Part shown: positions 39,202 through 47,714 of the stretch, in pieces | Numbering within the stretch: position 1 is the stretch's first letter | How the letters are laid out: the number at the start of each line of letters is the position of its first letter | NCBI GenBank assembly: GCA_964612665.1 | Contig: CAZTCI010000004.1 | Coordinates: 14,376 to 78,375, forward strand | Origin: an uncultured Planctomycetales bacterium | GTDB lineage: Bacteria; Omnitrophota; Gorgyraeia; Zapsychrales; JAHFFX01 | Direction of reading: 5' to 3' | Length of the DNA: 64,000 bases | Notes under the pieces: generated by a model | What the model was told of the DNA's origin: nothing | The model's database searches: none | The model's input: only the letters and a program-made list of their open reading frames with translations | Position numbers and translations under genes: made by a program

Positions 39202-39571
39202 TGAAGTTCCTTTTCTTGCTAGAGGAATAATAGTATAAAAACATTTCAGAATATCGCTTTGTTCGTTCCTCGAATGATTGTAATGTTTTATAAATATGGG
39301 AATGAAATCCCAATATGTTTTCTGAACCGTTCTTTACAGAGCGGGACAGGATAAGATGTAATTTATGAAATGAGTTGAGAGTCTCTTTGTTTATCTGGGA
39401 GTAAGAGACTTGGTAAGTAATTACGGGAATAGTGCAGAGGGTAATTAAAAAAAAGCTGGCAGCAAACCAGCAATAAGCGGTGTGGCTATTTCTGGCCGCA
39501 AAAGCGGAAGTAATAGTCGTAAGAAAAACGATTAGACTGAGGACGATCTCCTTAATGGGGCGCATCATCAA
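39185..39571 (-). pseudogene. Stranded 5' fragment of the paralog family (conserved leader and signal peptide, then unrelated frame)
   Basis: Encodes (TTG)MMRPIKEIVLSLIVFLTTITSAFAA…, which matches the MMMRPIKK signal peptides of paralogs 1-3. It then diverges into low-complexity sequence and terminates where paralog 4 starts. The upstream nucleotide block …ggacgatctccttaatggggcgcatcatca… matches the 5' leader of the other copies. Confidence 0.55.
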
Positions 39572-40167
39572 GAAGTCCTTTCATTCAAAACTTATCTAAA
39601 GATAATTTATGGTGTCCCCTCTATATTGGTTCCTCTGTTATTTAAGGGTAGGCTTTCCCTTAAATTGGAGTCATGGACTCCCAGGTTTCGAACCCTTGTT
39701 GAAGCAAGAATAATCTTGCCAAAAACAAAAAAATCCATTCTGCATGTTAGAAGAATGGATTTATAAAAGCTGGGGCGAGCTTTTGGGTTCATGTTTTGCT
39801 TTTCCTTAGAATGGCTTAATTACAAAATGTATATCATGGAATGCAAAGAAATACAAGGCGTAGGCGCTGTTTCGCGGAAAACGTTTTTTTAAATTTAAGG
39901 ATAATAGCTGTGATATTAGTTATTTGTTTTCAAGAGTATATGATTTATTTATTTGAGTCTCATTCTTAACCAAAAAAAATTTAAAAGAATTTTAATATTT
40001 GTGGTTTAATAAACACAGATTTTTTGGATAATAGAAGACCGAAGATTATTCTAAATCCATTCACACTGATCCCTTCAGTGGTTTTATTCAAATAATTTTC
40101 AATAATGAGTTACCTCTTTACACGTACGCTATAATATAACCAACATTTTTAAAACAAGGAGTTAATA

Positions 40168-40926
40168 ATGAAGATGATCAATCTGCGCCGCCTCCCTATA
40201 ATCTGCAGCATTGTGTTTTTCAATTATTTAATGGGAGTTGTTTATGCCGCTGATGTGCAAACGAATATGGTGTCTTATCGTCCGGCGCCGCCAGCCATGG
40301 GAGATTTGACTCTCTGGCAAATGTTAGTGGCGGGCGGGGTCGTCATGATTTTTATCGGTCTTTTATCGATTCTGGCACTGTCCATCATTGCCTATGAATT
40401 TATGACGCTGCGGGCGGAAAAATTGGCGCCGCGCGAATTTTTTGAAGATATCGCCACCAAACTTGAAACTGCAAAAATTGATGAAGCCAGGGAATTATGT
40501 CTTAATGAAAATAATATCCTGGCTAAAATTGTTTTAGCGGGCTTGGACCGGGGTGAAAGGCATAACGGCGATATGTCTTCAATGAGAGAAGCGATGGAGC
40601 ATCGTGCACGTATAGAGGTCGGTAAACTTTGGCAGAACCTTAATTATTTATCTGACATCGTCGCGGTTGCGCCTCTTTTAGGATTATTAGGAACGGTTTT
40701 GGGAATGATCCAGGCTTTTCATGCCGTTCCCTTACAATCGGCTGGCGCAAAAGTTGCGATGCTCTCGGCGGGTATTTCAAAAGCAATGATTGCCACCGCT
40801 TCAGGTTTGATTATCGCGATTCCTGTCTTGATGGCTTATTCTTATTTTCGTGGGAAAGTTCAAGAAGTCACATCGGATATTGAAAGTTACAGTACGGACC
40901 TTATTAAAGTTATGGAAAATGCTTAA
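40168..40926 (+). CDS. MotA/TolQ/ExbB-family proton channel with N-terminal signal peptide
   Basis: N-terminal signal peptide (MKMINLRRLPIICSIVFFNYLMGVVYAADV). The ExbB core is …VAPLLGLLGTVLGMIQAF…GISKAMIATASGLIIAIPVLMAYSYF…. Confidence 0.8.
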   Translation: MKMINLRRLPIICSIVFFNYLMGVVYAADVQTNMVSYRPAPPAMGDLTLWQMLVAGGVVMIFIGLLSILALSIIAYEFMTLRAEKLAPREFFEDIATKLETAKIDEARELCLNENNILAKIVLAGLDRGERHNGDMSSMREAMEHRARIEVGKLWQNLNYLSDIVAVAPLLGLLGTVLGMIQAFHAVPLQSAGAKVAMLSAGISKAMIATASGLIIAIPVLMAYSYFRGKVQEVTSDIESYSTDLIKVMENA

Positions 40927-41027
40927 TGAGCGCATTACCCGCCTTAAAAGCTTTCAGGCGGGGTAGAAGCGCGAATTAACCCTGCGTTTTTTGCGGAGTT
41001 AAGAATTCAAAATTACTAGGAGCGGCT

Positions 41028-41450
41028 ATGTCCAAATTCGACATTTCAGAAAATTTCAAGCAAAGACCAGTTATTCAACTCGCGCCCTTGGTCGATATTG
41101 CTTTTTGGGCGCTGATTTTTTTTATGATCATTGCCATTTACAGTAAGATGGAATCTGAACTCGATATTACTGTTCCCAAATCAACCGCATCGATCGAGTC
41201 AGCCCCGAACGCTGGAAAAATGGTCATTAATATTTCCCGCGACGGACGGTTTATCGTTAATGACAAAGAAATGGATGCCGCGGCGCTTGATGACATGATG
41301 AAAAAAGTTTCGAACTTATTTCCTAACCAACAGGTGATTATCCGCGCGGATGAATTGGCCTACCATAAATACGTAGTTCAAGCCTTAGACGCTTGTATGC
41401 ACGCCAACATTTCGGATGTTTCCTTTTCAACCATTAAAGAAGAAAAATAA
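41028..41450 (+). CDS. ExbD/TolR-family protein
   Basis: 140 aa with a single TM (LAPLVDIAFWALIFFMIIAIY) followed by a periplasmic domain, as in ExbD/TolR. Confidence 0.8.
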   Translation: MSKFDISENFKQRPVIQLAPLVDIAFWALIFFMIIAIYSKMESELDITVPKSTASIESAPNAGKMVINISRDGRFIVNDKEMDAAALDDMMKKVSNLFPNQQVIIRADELAYHKYVVQALDACMHANISDVSFSTIKEEK

Positions 41451-43795
41451 TGAATCGCAAAACCATTATTGCTATTCTTTTGGTTTTCTGTTCATTGGTT
41501 TTCAGGTGTAATGTTTTTGCGCAAAGCGTTCCTGAAAAAGAAACAGAAGACCTGGATTTTGCCCAAGGACTTTTAAGCCGCGGTCTTTATGATATGGCGG
41601 CCAATGAATATCAGAAATTTATTGCCAACCATCCGCAAAGCACTTATCTTCAAGAAGCTAACCTTGCCGTCGGAGAATGCTATTTTTTGCTGCAAGACAA
41701 CGCCAAGGCCATTGACGCCTTTAATCATTTTAAACAACTCTATCCTAATTCTGAAAAAACGCCGACCGCTACTTTACGTTTAGGGCAGATCTATATTGAG
41801 CAAGGACGGTTCGATGATGCCATCAAGGAATTGACTTCAGCCGATCCCGCTCAGTTAAAAGCAGAAACGCTGCAGTCATTTTATTTTTATATTGGCAAAG
41901 CTTACCGCGGTAAAAATGACGCGGCTTCAGCGCTTAAGTTTTTGCAAAAGGCCTCAGAAGTGACTGGCGTGCAAGCGCAGACGCCTTACGCCTTTCAAGA
42001 GCTCGCCGAAGTTCATGTTCAAAATAAAGAATATAAAGAGGCGGTTGAGGCTTACACGAAAGCCCTCCAAGCGACTCAAGAAGATAGTTTAAAAGGTTAT
42101 CTTCTCTACAAACTCGGCGAGGCACAATTTTTATCCGAAAATTACGCCGAGGCTATTAATCAATTCAACCAAGTTCTCACTCAGTATCCCAATCTTGAAA
42201 TAACCAAAGACGCTCTTACAAATTTATTGCTGGCGCATTTTAATTTGGCGCAATATGACCAGCTGATGACAGCGTATCAGAACAACGCCAAGCTCATTAA
42301 AGAAGACGGCGCCTACACGCCAGTTTTTTTAACGGTTGCGAAAGCTTTGGCCGCGCTTAAAAAATTTGACGAAGCAATCGCCCTTTTAGATAAGACGGCC
42401 GCTTTGCCGAATTCAAAAGATGAAGATAAACGAAAAGTTGCTTTGAAAAAAGCTGAAATCTTAATTAACGCCAAAAAATATCAAGACGGTCTAGCTATTT
42501 TAGAGGGGCCTCTTCCCGCCGGAGACGGCGCGGGTGCTGATGAGATTTCATTCTTAAAAGCACAAGCGCATTACGGGCTTGGTCAATTTGATAAGGCGTC
42601 TGAATCTTTTCAAGAAGTCAAAAACAGCAATGCCGATTCCAATTATGCTCATGCTTCACTTTTAGGCATGGCGCATGCTTTTCAAGAATCAAAAAATTAT
42701 AAAGAAGCGGACGCGCGGTTTCTCGAATACTACGCCAGTGAAAAAGACGACAATCTCAAAAGCGAGGCGCTTTATGATGCCGCTTTAATGGAAGTTAAAT
42801 TAAACGCCAATGACCAAGCCGTTGCTCATGCGCAAGAATATTTGGACAAATTTTCGACGGGAAGCCGTTATGAACAAAGTCTTTTGATGCTTGGAGATCT
42901 TTACTCGAAAACGAATCAGTTTGAGAAAGCCGTCAACTTGCTGCAGGATTATTTGACTAAGGCCAAACAAATTCAACGGTTGGATTCAGTTGAATTTCTT
43001 TTAGGCTACAATCTTCAACTTTTAGCGCGCGGCAATGAAGCCATCGCAACGTACAGCAAAGTTCCATTAAATAAAGATGACCCGCAATTTTTTGTCTCCG
43101 CCATGAAAAATACAGCGGCCATTTATATCGGTGAGAAAAAAGAAGCGGAAGCTGCCGCGGCGTTTGATCAGTTAATTTCAGCCGTCGATAAAAATGTTCT
43201 TGAAGTCAAAACTTATCTTTGGGTCTGCGAACAATATTTAAAACAGAAAAAGTTTAACGACATTTTGCGGATCACGGATAAGGCGCAAAAGTTTTTCCCT
43301 AATGATAGTGTACAGGAGACTGCTTATTTTAGGGCCGAAGCTTCCCGTGAACTAAAAGATTTCGATAACGCCGCTAAATTGTATGACGTTGTTTTAACGT
43401 CGACGGCAAAGAGCATGTATACGGGCGGCGCGCACATTGGCAAAGGTTTGATTTTGATCGAAGCCAAGAAATTTGATGAGGCCAAGGCGGAATTTCAAAA
43501 AGCCATCGATGAAAACGCGGATGATCATACAATTACGCTTCGTGCCCGTTATGAAATGGCGAACATCGCCAGTGCGCAAAATAATCCGGAAGAAGCTCTC
43601 AAATTTTATTTGCTTGTTGGAACAATCTATGACGACGACACCTATTGCCCGGATAGTCTTTTGCGCGCGGGAAAAATTCTTGAAACATTAAACCGCAAAG
43701 AAGAAGCCGTCAAGCTTTACCAAGAAATCCAAGACAGATATAAAGACAGCCCAGCCGCTCATGAATGTCAGGAAAGGATTAGTGCTTCAAAGTGA
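41450..43795 (+). CDS. Large secreted TPR-repeat protein (781 aa)
   Basis: Signal peptide followed by more than 15 TPR-like units (…AIDAFNHFKQLYPNSEKTPTATLRLGQIYIEQGRFDDAIKEL…). Start overlaps the exbD-like stop (taATGa). Confidence 0.75.
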   Translation: MNRKTIIAILLVFCSLVFRCNVFAQSVPEKETEDLDFAQGLLSRGLYDMAANEYQKFIANHPQSTYLQEANLAVGECYFLLQDNAKAIDAFNHFKQLYPNSEKTPTATLRLGQIYIEQGRFDDAIKELTSADPAQLKAETLQSFYFYIGKAYRGKNDAASALKFLQKASEVTGVQAQTPYAFQELAEVHVQNKEYKEAVEAYTKALQATQEDSLKGYLLYKLGEAQFLSENYAEAINQFNQVLTQYPNLEITKDALTNLLLAHFNLAQYDQLMTAYQNNAKLIKEDGAYTPVFLTVAKALAALKKFDEAIALLDKTAALPNSKDEDKRKVALKKAEILINAKKYQDGLAILEGPLPAGDGAGADEISFLKAQAHYGLGQFDKASESFQEVKNSNADSNYAHASLLGMAHAFQESKNYKEADARFLEYYASEKDDNLKSEALYDAALMEVKLNANDQAVAHAQEYLDKFSTGSRYEQSLLMLGDLYSKTNQFEKAVNLLQDYLTKAKQIQRLDSVEFLLGYNLQLLARGNEAIATYSKVPLNKDDPQFFVSAMKNTAAIYIGEKKEAEAAAAFDQLISAVDKNVLEVKTYLWVCEQYLKQKKFNDILRITDKAQKFFPNDSVQETAYFRAEASRELKDFDNAAKLYDVVLTSTAKSMYTGGAHIGKGLILIEAKKFDEAKAEFQKAIDENADDHTITLRARYEMANIASAQNNPEEALKFYLLVGTIYDDDTYCPDSLLRAGKILETLNRKEEAVKLYQEIQDRYKDSPAAHECQERISASK

Positions 43796-45522
43796 CAGTG
43801 CCAGAAATTATTAAAAAAAGAATTTTCCAGTCAATCTTAATCTCGCTTTTAATCCATTTGGGATTTTTGATCTGGAGTTTTTTTGTTAAATTGGTGCCAT
43901 ACAGCGGTCTCGTCAACAAACCGGACAAGACATTGCATATTAAAATGGCGAAGGAGGAAAAGCTCGGCGGACGGGAAACAACCCAAAGCAGCGACAATCG
44001 TACTTCTGAAAAATCGTTGCACCCAGAAGATCCTTCCACTCAAGCGGCTTTGGAAACTCAGCCTGAATCGCCCGAAGTTGTGCGCGATAAAATCGCAGCA
44101 GCGGTTCCAAACCATAATGAAGCGCTGGTACCAGCAGCGCCGCAGAAGAATTTTTATAAGCCCCAAAAAAATGATGTGATGGTGACCAAAAAAGTCCGAC
44201 GGGCGACCCGCAAGAATTTAGTCGATGTCGGCGAAATTCCGCAGGCAGATTTTGCTTCGGGCTCACCGGTCATTGTTTCGGGCGAAGATATTTCGCAAAA
44301 TTTTCTGGATAAAGGTTACTTGGCGGTTAAAGCCGGTCCATCTTCACCCATGCAGGTGGCCAACGGACCTGACCAGTTTCAAGTGATGCAAAAAAGCTCG
44401 GCGGGCTTAAGCCGGAAATTAAAAGCTGCAGATTTAGGAACAACATTAATTTATGAACTGACCAAGTATCAGGACCCTAAATCAGGTCAAAAGTATTTTA
44501 AGTTGGTGGTTAAAGTAAAGGACGCGACGGCTAACTTCCCTGTCGTTCCAAAAGAAATCATTTTTCTAGTTGATGCTTCCGAAAGTATTGGTGAGGTACG
44601 TTTAAAGCAGTTTCAGGAAGGTCTTAACTACAGTTTAAATCATCTAAATCCCGACGACCGTTTCAACATTTTAATTTTTAAAGATAAAACGATTCCGTTT
44701 AGCCCGCAGTCGCTTAAACCGGAACCGGACAACATCAAAAAAGCCATCCAATTCTTGGAAGATTTAAAATCCGGCTCCCGGACGGATGTTTACGATGCAT
44801 TACAGACGAGTATGGATTTTCAAAATTCCTTCGAACCGTCTTATCGGGTTTTATTAAGCGATGGATTTCCGACAAAAGGGGTCACTAATTCTCGTCAGGT
44901 TATCAATGAGATTTCAGACATGAATAATGGAAAGTTCAGCGTTTTTAGTTTTGGCGGAGGTGTTAACATAAGCCAATATATGCTGGATTTTCTCGCCTAT
45001 AAAAACCGCGGATGGTCGCAGACGGTTGATCGTGAATACTTAATTGGCAAAGAGTTTGCCAAATTGTCGGACCGCATTAAAGATCCGCTGCTTTTACATC
45101 TGCGCTACCGGATTAACGGTCTTAATGAAAAGGAAGTGTTTCCACAAATTCTTCCGGACTTTTTTAAAGGTTCGGAGTTTGTAATTTATGGTACTTTTAA
45201 AGATGAAAATAAATTTGTCGTCCAGGTTTTAGGAAACGCTTTGGGTGAAACAAAAGAATTTATTGTCAATGCCGCGCTGGATGACGCTGCCGCCGGCAAT
45301 AAAGATATCGCTAGGCAATGGGCCTTCCACAAAGTTTATCATTTGATCAGTGAATTGAAATTTAACGAAGATAACCAAGCGCTTATTAAAGAAATTGATG
45401 ACTTGTGCGCGAAGTTTGAGATTGTAACGCCGTATTCTCGAAACTTCCGGGAGTCCCATAAATCAAAAAAAGCACCGGCAGTTAAAGACGCTCCAAAACC
45501 AGAGCCTGCTCCTTCCAAGTAA
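43792..45522 (+). CDS. Membrane-anchored von Willebrand factor type A (vWA) protein with TonB/TolA-like SxxxH transmembrane anchor
   Basis: GTG start overlapping the TPR stop (gtGA). The single N-terminal TM helix …FQSILISLLIHLGFLIWSFFV… contains S-x3-H, as in TonB/TolA anchors. A charged/Pro-rich linker follows. The vWA domain has the MIDAS motif 'FLVDASESIG' plus …ILIFKDK…VLLSDGFPTKG…. Confidence 0.7.
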   Translation: MTVPEIIKKRIFQSILISLLIHLGFLIWSFFVKLVPYSGLVNKPDKTLHIKMAKEEKLGGRETTQSSDNRTSEKSLHPEDPSTQAALETQPESPEVVRDKIAAAVPNHNEALVPAAPQKNFYKPQKNDVMVTKKVRRATRKNLVDVGEIPQADFASGSPVIVSGEDISQNFLDKGYLAVKAGPSSPMQVANGPDQFQVMQKSSAGLSRKLKAADLGTTLIYELTKYQDPKSGQKYFKLVVKVKDATANFPVVPKEIIFLVDASESIGEVRLKQFQEGLNYSLNHLNPDDRFNILIFKDKTIPFSPQSLKPEPDNIKKAIQFLEDLKSGSRTDVYDALQTSMDFQNSFEPSYRVLLSDGFPTKGVTNSRQVINEISDMNNGKFSVFSFGGGVNISQYMLDFLAYKNRGWSQTVDREYLIGKEFAKLSDRIKDPLLLHLRYRINGLNEKEVFPQILPDFFKGSEFVIYGTFKDENKFVVQVLGNALGETKEFIVNAALDDAAAGNKDIARQWAFHKVYHLISELKFNEDNQALIKEIDDLCAKFEIVTPYSRNFRESHKSKKAPAVKDAPKPEPAPSK

Positions 45523-45667
45523 TTTTCTTTAGAGCGAGATCGCTCGACGAATCATTAACATTAAACAACTTCCTTTGATTTTTGTTTCAAAAGAGCTGGT
45601 AAAAAAAGTGGGACATTTTTCTGCAGGAAATGTACTATATAAAAATAAACCTTGCGGAGGATCATGT

Positions 45668-46318
45668 ATGCCTAAAGTTAAGAATGAAACCATCATGAAA
45701 CAGCTCAACTGGCGTTACGCGACACAAAAATTTGATCCTAAAAAAAAGATTTCAGCCGAAGATTGGCATACGCTTGAAGAATCTTTAAGGCTGACGCCTT
45801 CCTCCTACGGTTTGCAGCCGTGGCATTTTCTTGTTGTTCAGTCGCCGCAGATCCGTAAAAAATTAACGCCCGCATCATGGAACCAGCCGCAGATTGAAAC
45901 CTGCTCACATTTGCTCATCGTGACACACTTGAAAATGATGACGAAAGAATATGTTGAAATTTATATCCAAACAATTTCTAAAATCCGCGGGGTTGCGGAA
46001 AAAGACCTTAAGAGGTTTAGAGATGTTTTGGTGAATGATGTTGTCGAAGGAACGGGCGTGAGTGATCAATCGCATTGGGCCGCTTTACAGGCTTATCTTG
46101 CCATGGGCGTTTTTATGACGGTTGCGGCGCTTTTAAATATCGATGTTTGTCCGATGGAAGGCATTATTCCCAAACAATACGATGATATTTTGGGGCTCAA
46201 AGATTCCCGTTACACGACATTGGCGGTCTTGGCCGCGGGTTACCGTGCCGCCGACGATCAATTACAGCATGCCAAGAAAGTCCGGTTTGAACGCAACCAT
46301 GTGATCCAAGTGATCTAA
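45668..46318 (+). CDS. Nitroreductase-family NAD(P)H-dependent flavin oxidoreductase
   Basis: Start at MPKVKNE… with a ggagga RBS 8 nt upstream; the longer ORF (45575) lacks support. Family motifs are …RYATQKFDPKK…SSYGLQPWHFLVVQSP…. Confidence 0.75.
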   Translation: MPKVKNETIMKQLNWRYATQKFDPKKKISAEDWHTLEESLRLTPSSYGLQPWHFLVVQSPQIRKKLTPASWNQPQIETCSHLLIVTHLKMMTKEYVEIYIQTISKIRGVAEKDLKRFRDVLVNDVVEGTGVSDQSHWAALQAYLAMGVFMTVAALLNIDVCPMEGIIPKQYDDILGLKDSRYTTLAVLAAGYRAADDQLQHAKKVRFERNHVIQVI

Positions 46319-46417
46319 TTTAGAATCCATTAGATTCCGATACTCAATAATTTTGGACAAAATTAGATTTATAGAGTATCCTTTCCTATTTACAAATTCA
46401 CTATAAAGAAAAGAGAG

Positions 46418-47629
46418 ATGTTTTGTATGTATAAACAATTTATGCAGCAACGACCTTTTTTATTCACTCATCGGCTGGTTTTCCTAATAATAGGGCTTTT
46501 AATGTTAGTGTCTTTGGCGGGTTGTGGACATAAACAAGATCAAGCGCATAAAGGTGAGATGCCGCCGGCGGAAGTTGGTGTTGTCACGGTGACAGCGGAG
46601 GCTGTGCCGTTGACCGCGGAATTGCCGGGACGGATTGATGCGATTCGAGTGGCCGAAGTCCGGGCGAGAGCGACGGGAATTTTGCTTCAGCGTTTATTTA
46701 AAGAAGGTGCGGATGTCAAAGCCGGTGATATTCTTTTTCAAATTGATCCCGCACCCTTAAAAGCCAATTATAATAATGTGAAGGCCAATTTAGCTAAAGC
46801 CGAAGCGAATTTGAAAGCAACGCAGTCTAAAGCTGAACGTTATAAGACGCTGGTTGAAATTAACGCGGTCAGTAAACAAGATTATGACGATGCCGCGGCT
46901 GCTTTGCTTCAAGCCCAAGCCGAAATCCAGTCAGCGCAAGCGGCTGTAGAAACAGCCACGTTAAATCTCGGTTACGCGACAGTGACCGCGCCAATTTCAG
47001 GCCGGATCGGTCCAGCCAAAGTAACCGAAGGTGCGCTCGTTAACCAGAATGAAGCAACCCCGCTTGCCGTTATCCAACAATTAGATCCTATCTATTTTGA
47101 TTTTACCCAATCCAGTACCGAAGTGTTGCGCATGAAACGGACTTTAGCTCAAGGCCAGCTTGAAAGTGTGGCGCCAGGAGAAGCTAAAGTCACCTTGCTG
47201 CTTGAAGATGGTACGACTTACCAGCAATTTGGTAAACTTTTATTTTCAGATACAACCGTTGATCAATCGACGGACATGATAACGTTGCGCGCAGAGTTTC
47301 CTAATCCCGACGGGCTTTTGTTGCCTGGAATGTTTGCTCGCGGCAAGTTGGTGCAAGCCGTTAATACAAAAGCAATTTTAGCGCCGCAGCGTGGCGTTGC
47401 ACGTGACCCAAGCGGAACAGCAACTGTCATGGTGGCAACACCCGATAATAAAGTTGAAGCAAAAACAGTTAAGACCGGCCCGGCGATTGGTGATAAATGG
47501 GTCATCACAGAAGGTCTTTCCGCCGGAGATCAGGTTATCGTCGAAGGATTGCAAAAAATTCGGCCTGGCGCGACTGTTAAACCAGTACCGTTTACATCTT
47601 CCGCCGATAAAGTATCTTCAAAACAGTAG
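46418..47629 (+). CDS. RND efflux periplasmic adaptor subunit (MexA/AcrA family lipoprotein)
   Basis: Lipobox LAGCG. It has the lipoyl/beta-barrel adaptor signature (…VTAPISGRIG…) and a coiled-coil hairpin region (…ANLAKAEANLKATQSKAERYKTL…DYDDAAAALLQAQAEIQSAQAAVETATLNLGYATVTAP…). Confidence 0.85.
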   Translation: MFCMYKQFMQQRPFLFTHRLVFLIIGLLMLVSLAGCGHKQDQAHKGEMPPAEVGVVTVTAEAVPLTAELPGRIDAIRVAEVRARATGILLQRLFKEGADVKAGDILFQIDPAPLKANYNNVKANLAKAEANLKATQSKAERYKTLVEINAVSKQDYDDAAAALLQAQAEIQSAQAAVETATLNLGYATVTAPISGRIGPAKVTEGALVNQNEATPLAVIQQLDPIYFDFTQSSTEVLRMKRTLAQGQLESVAPGEAKVTLLLEDGTTYQQFGKLLFSDTTVDQSTDMITLRAEFPNPDGLLLPGMFARGKLVQAVNTKAILAPQRGVARDPSGTATVMVATPDNKVEAKTVKTGPAIGDKWVITEGLSAGDQVIVEGLQKIRPGATVKPVPFTSSADKVSSKQ

Positions 47630-47636
47630 CGAGGAG

Positions 47637-47686
47637 AGAGTAGAAAGTAGAGAGTGCGGTGAAATAGCTGACTCTCTACTTTCTGC
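47637..47686 (+). other. Long intercistronic stem-loop between RND adaptor and pump genes
   Basis: gagagtagaaagtagagagt-gcggtgaaatagctg-actctctactttctgc forms a ~16-bp stem with a 15-nt loop. No run of T residues follows the hairpin, and the pump start codon is 28 nt downstream. Confidence 0.6.
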
Positions 47687-47714
47687 TTTAATGATACAGT
47701 ATTAAGAAAGAAGT

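Noticed and set aside
28373-39571. Repetitive structure across 28-39 kb, considered as a possible CRISPR array or IS/transposon cluster
   Set aside because: The repeats are kilobase-scale protein-coding paralogs with intact long ORFs and signal peptides. There are no short regularly spaced direct repeats, no cas genes, and no transposase or terminal inverted repeats.
39676-39699. Possible tRNA gene (GGTTTCGAACCC T-loop-like motif)
   Set aside because: No acceptor stem, D-arm or anticodon arm can be built on either strand, and the T-stem has mismatches. It is kept only as a possible remnant in findings, not as a tRNA feature.
45575-45667. 5' extension of the nitroreductase ORF
   Set aside because: There is no RBS at 45575, whereas a ggagga RBS precedes the internal ATG at 45668. 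The nitroreductase homology starts at MPKVKNE.
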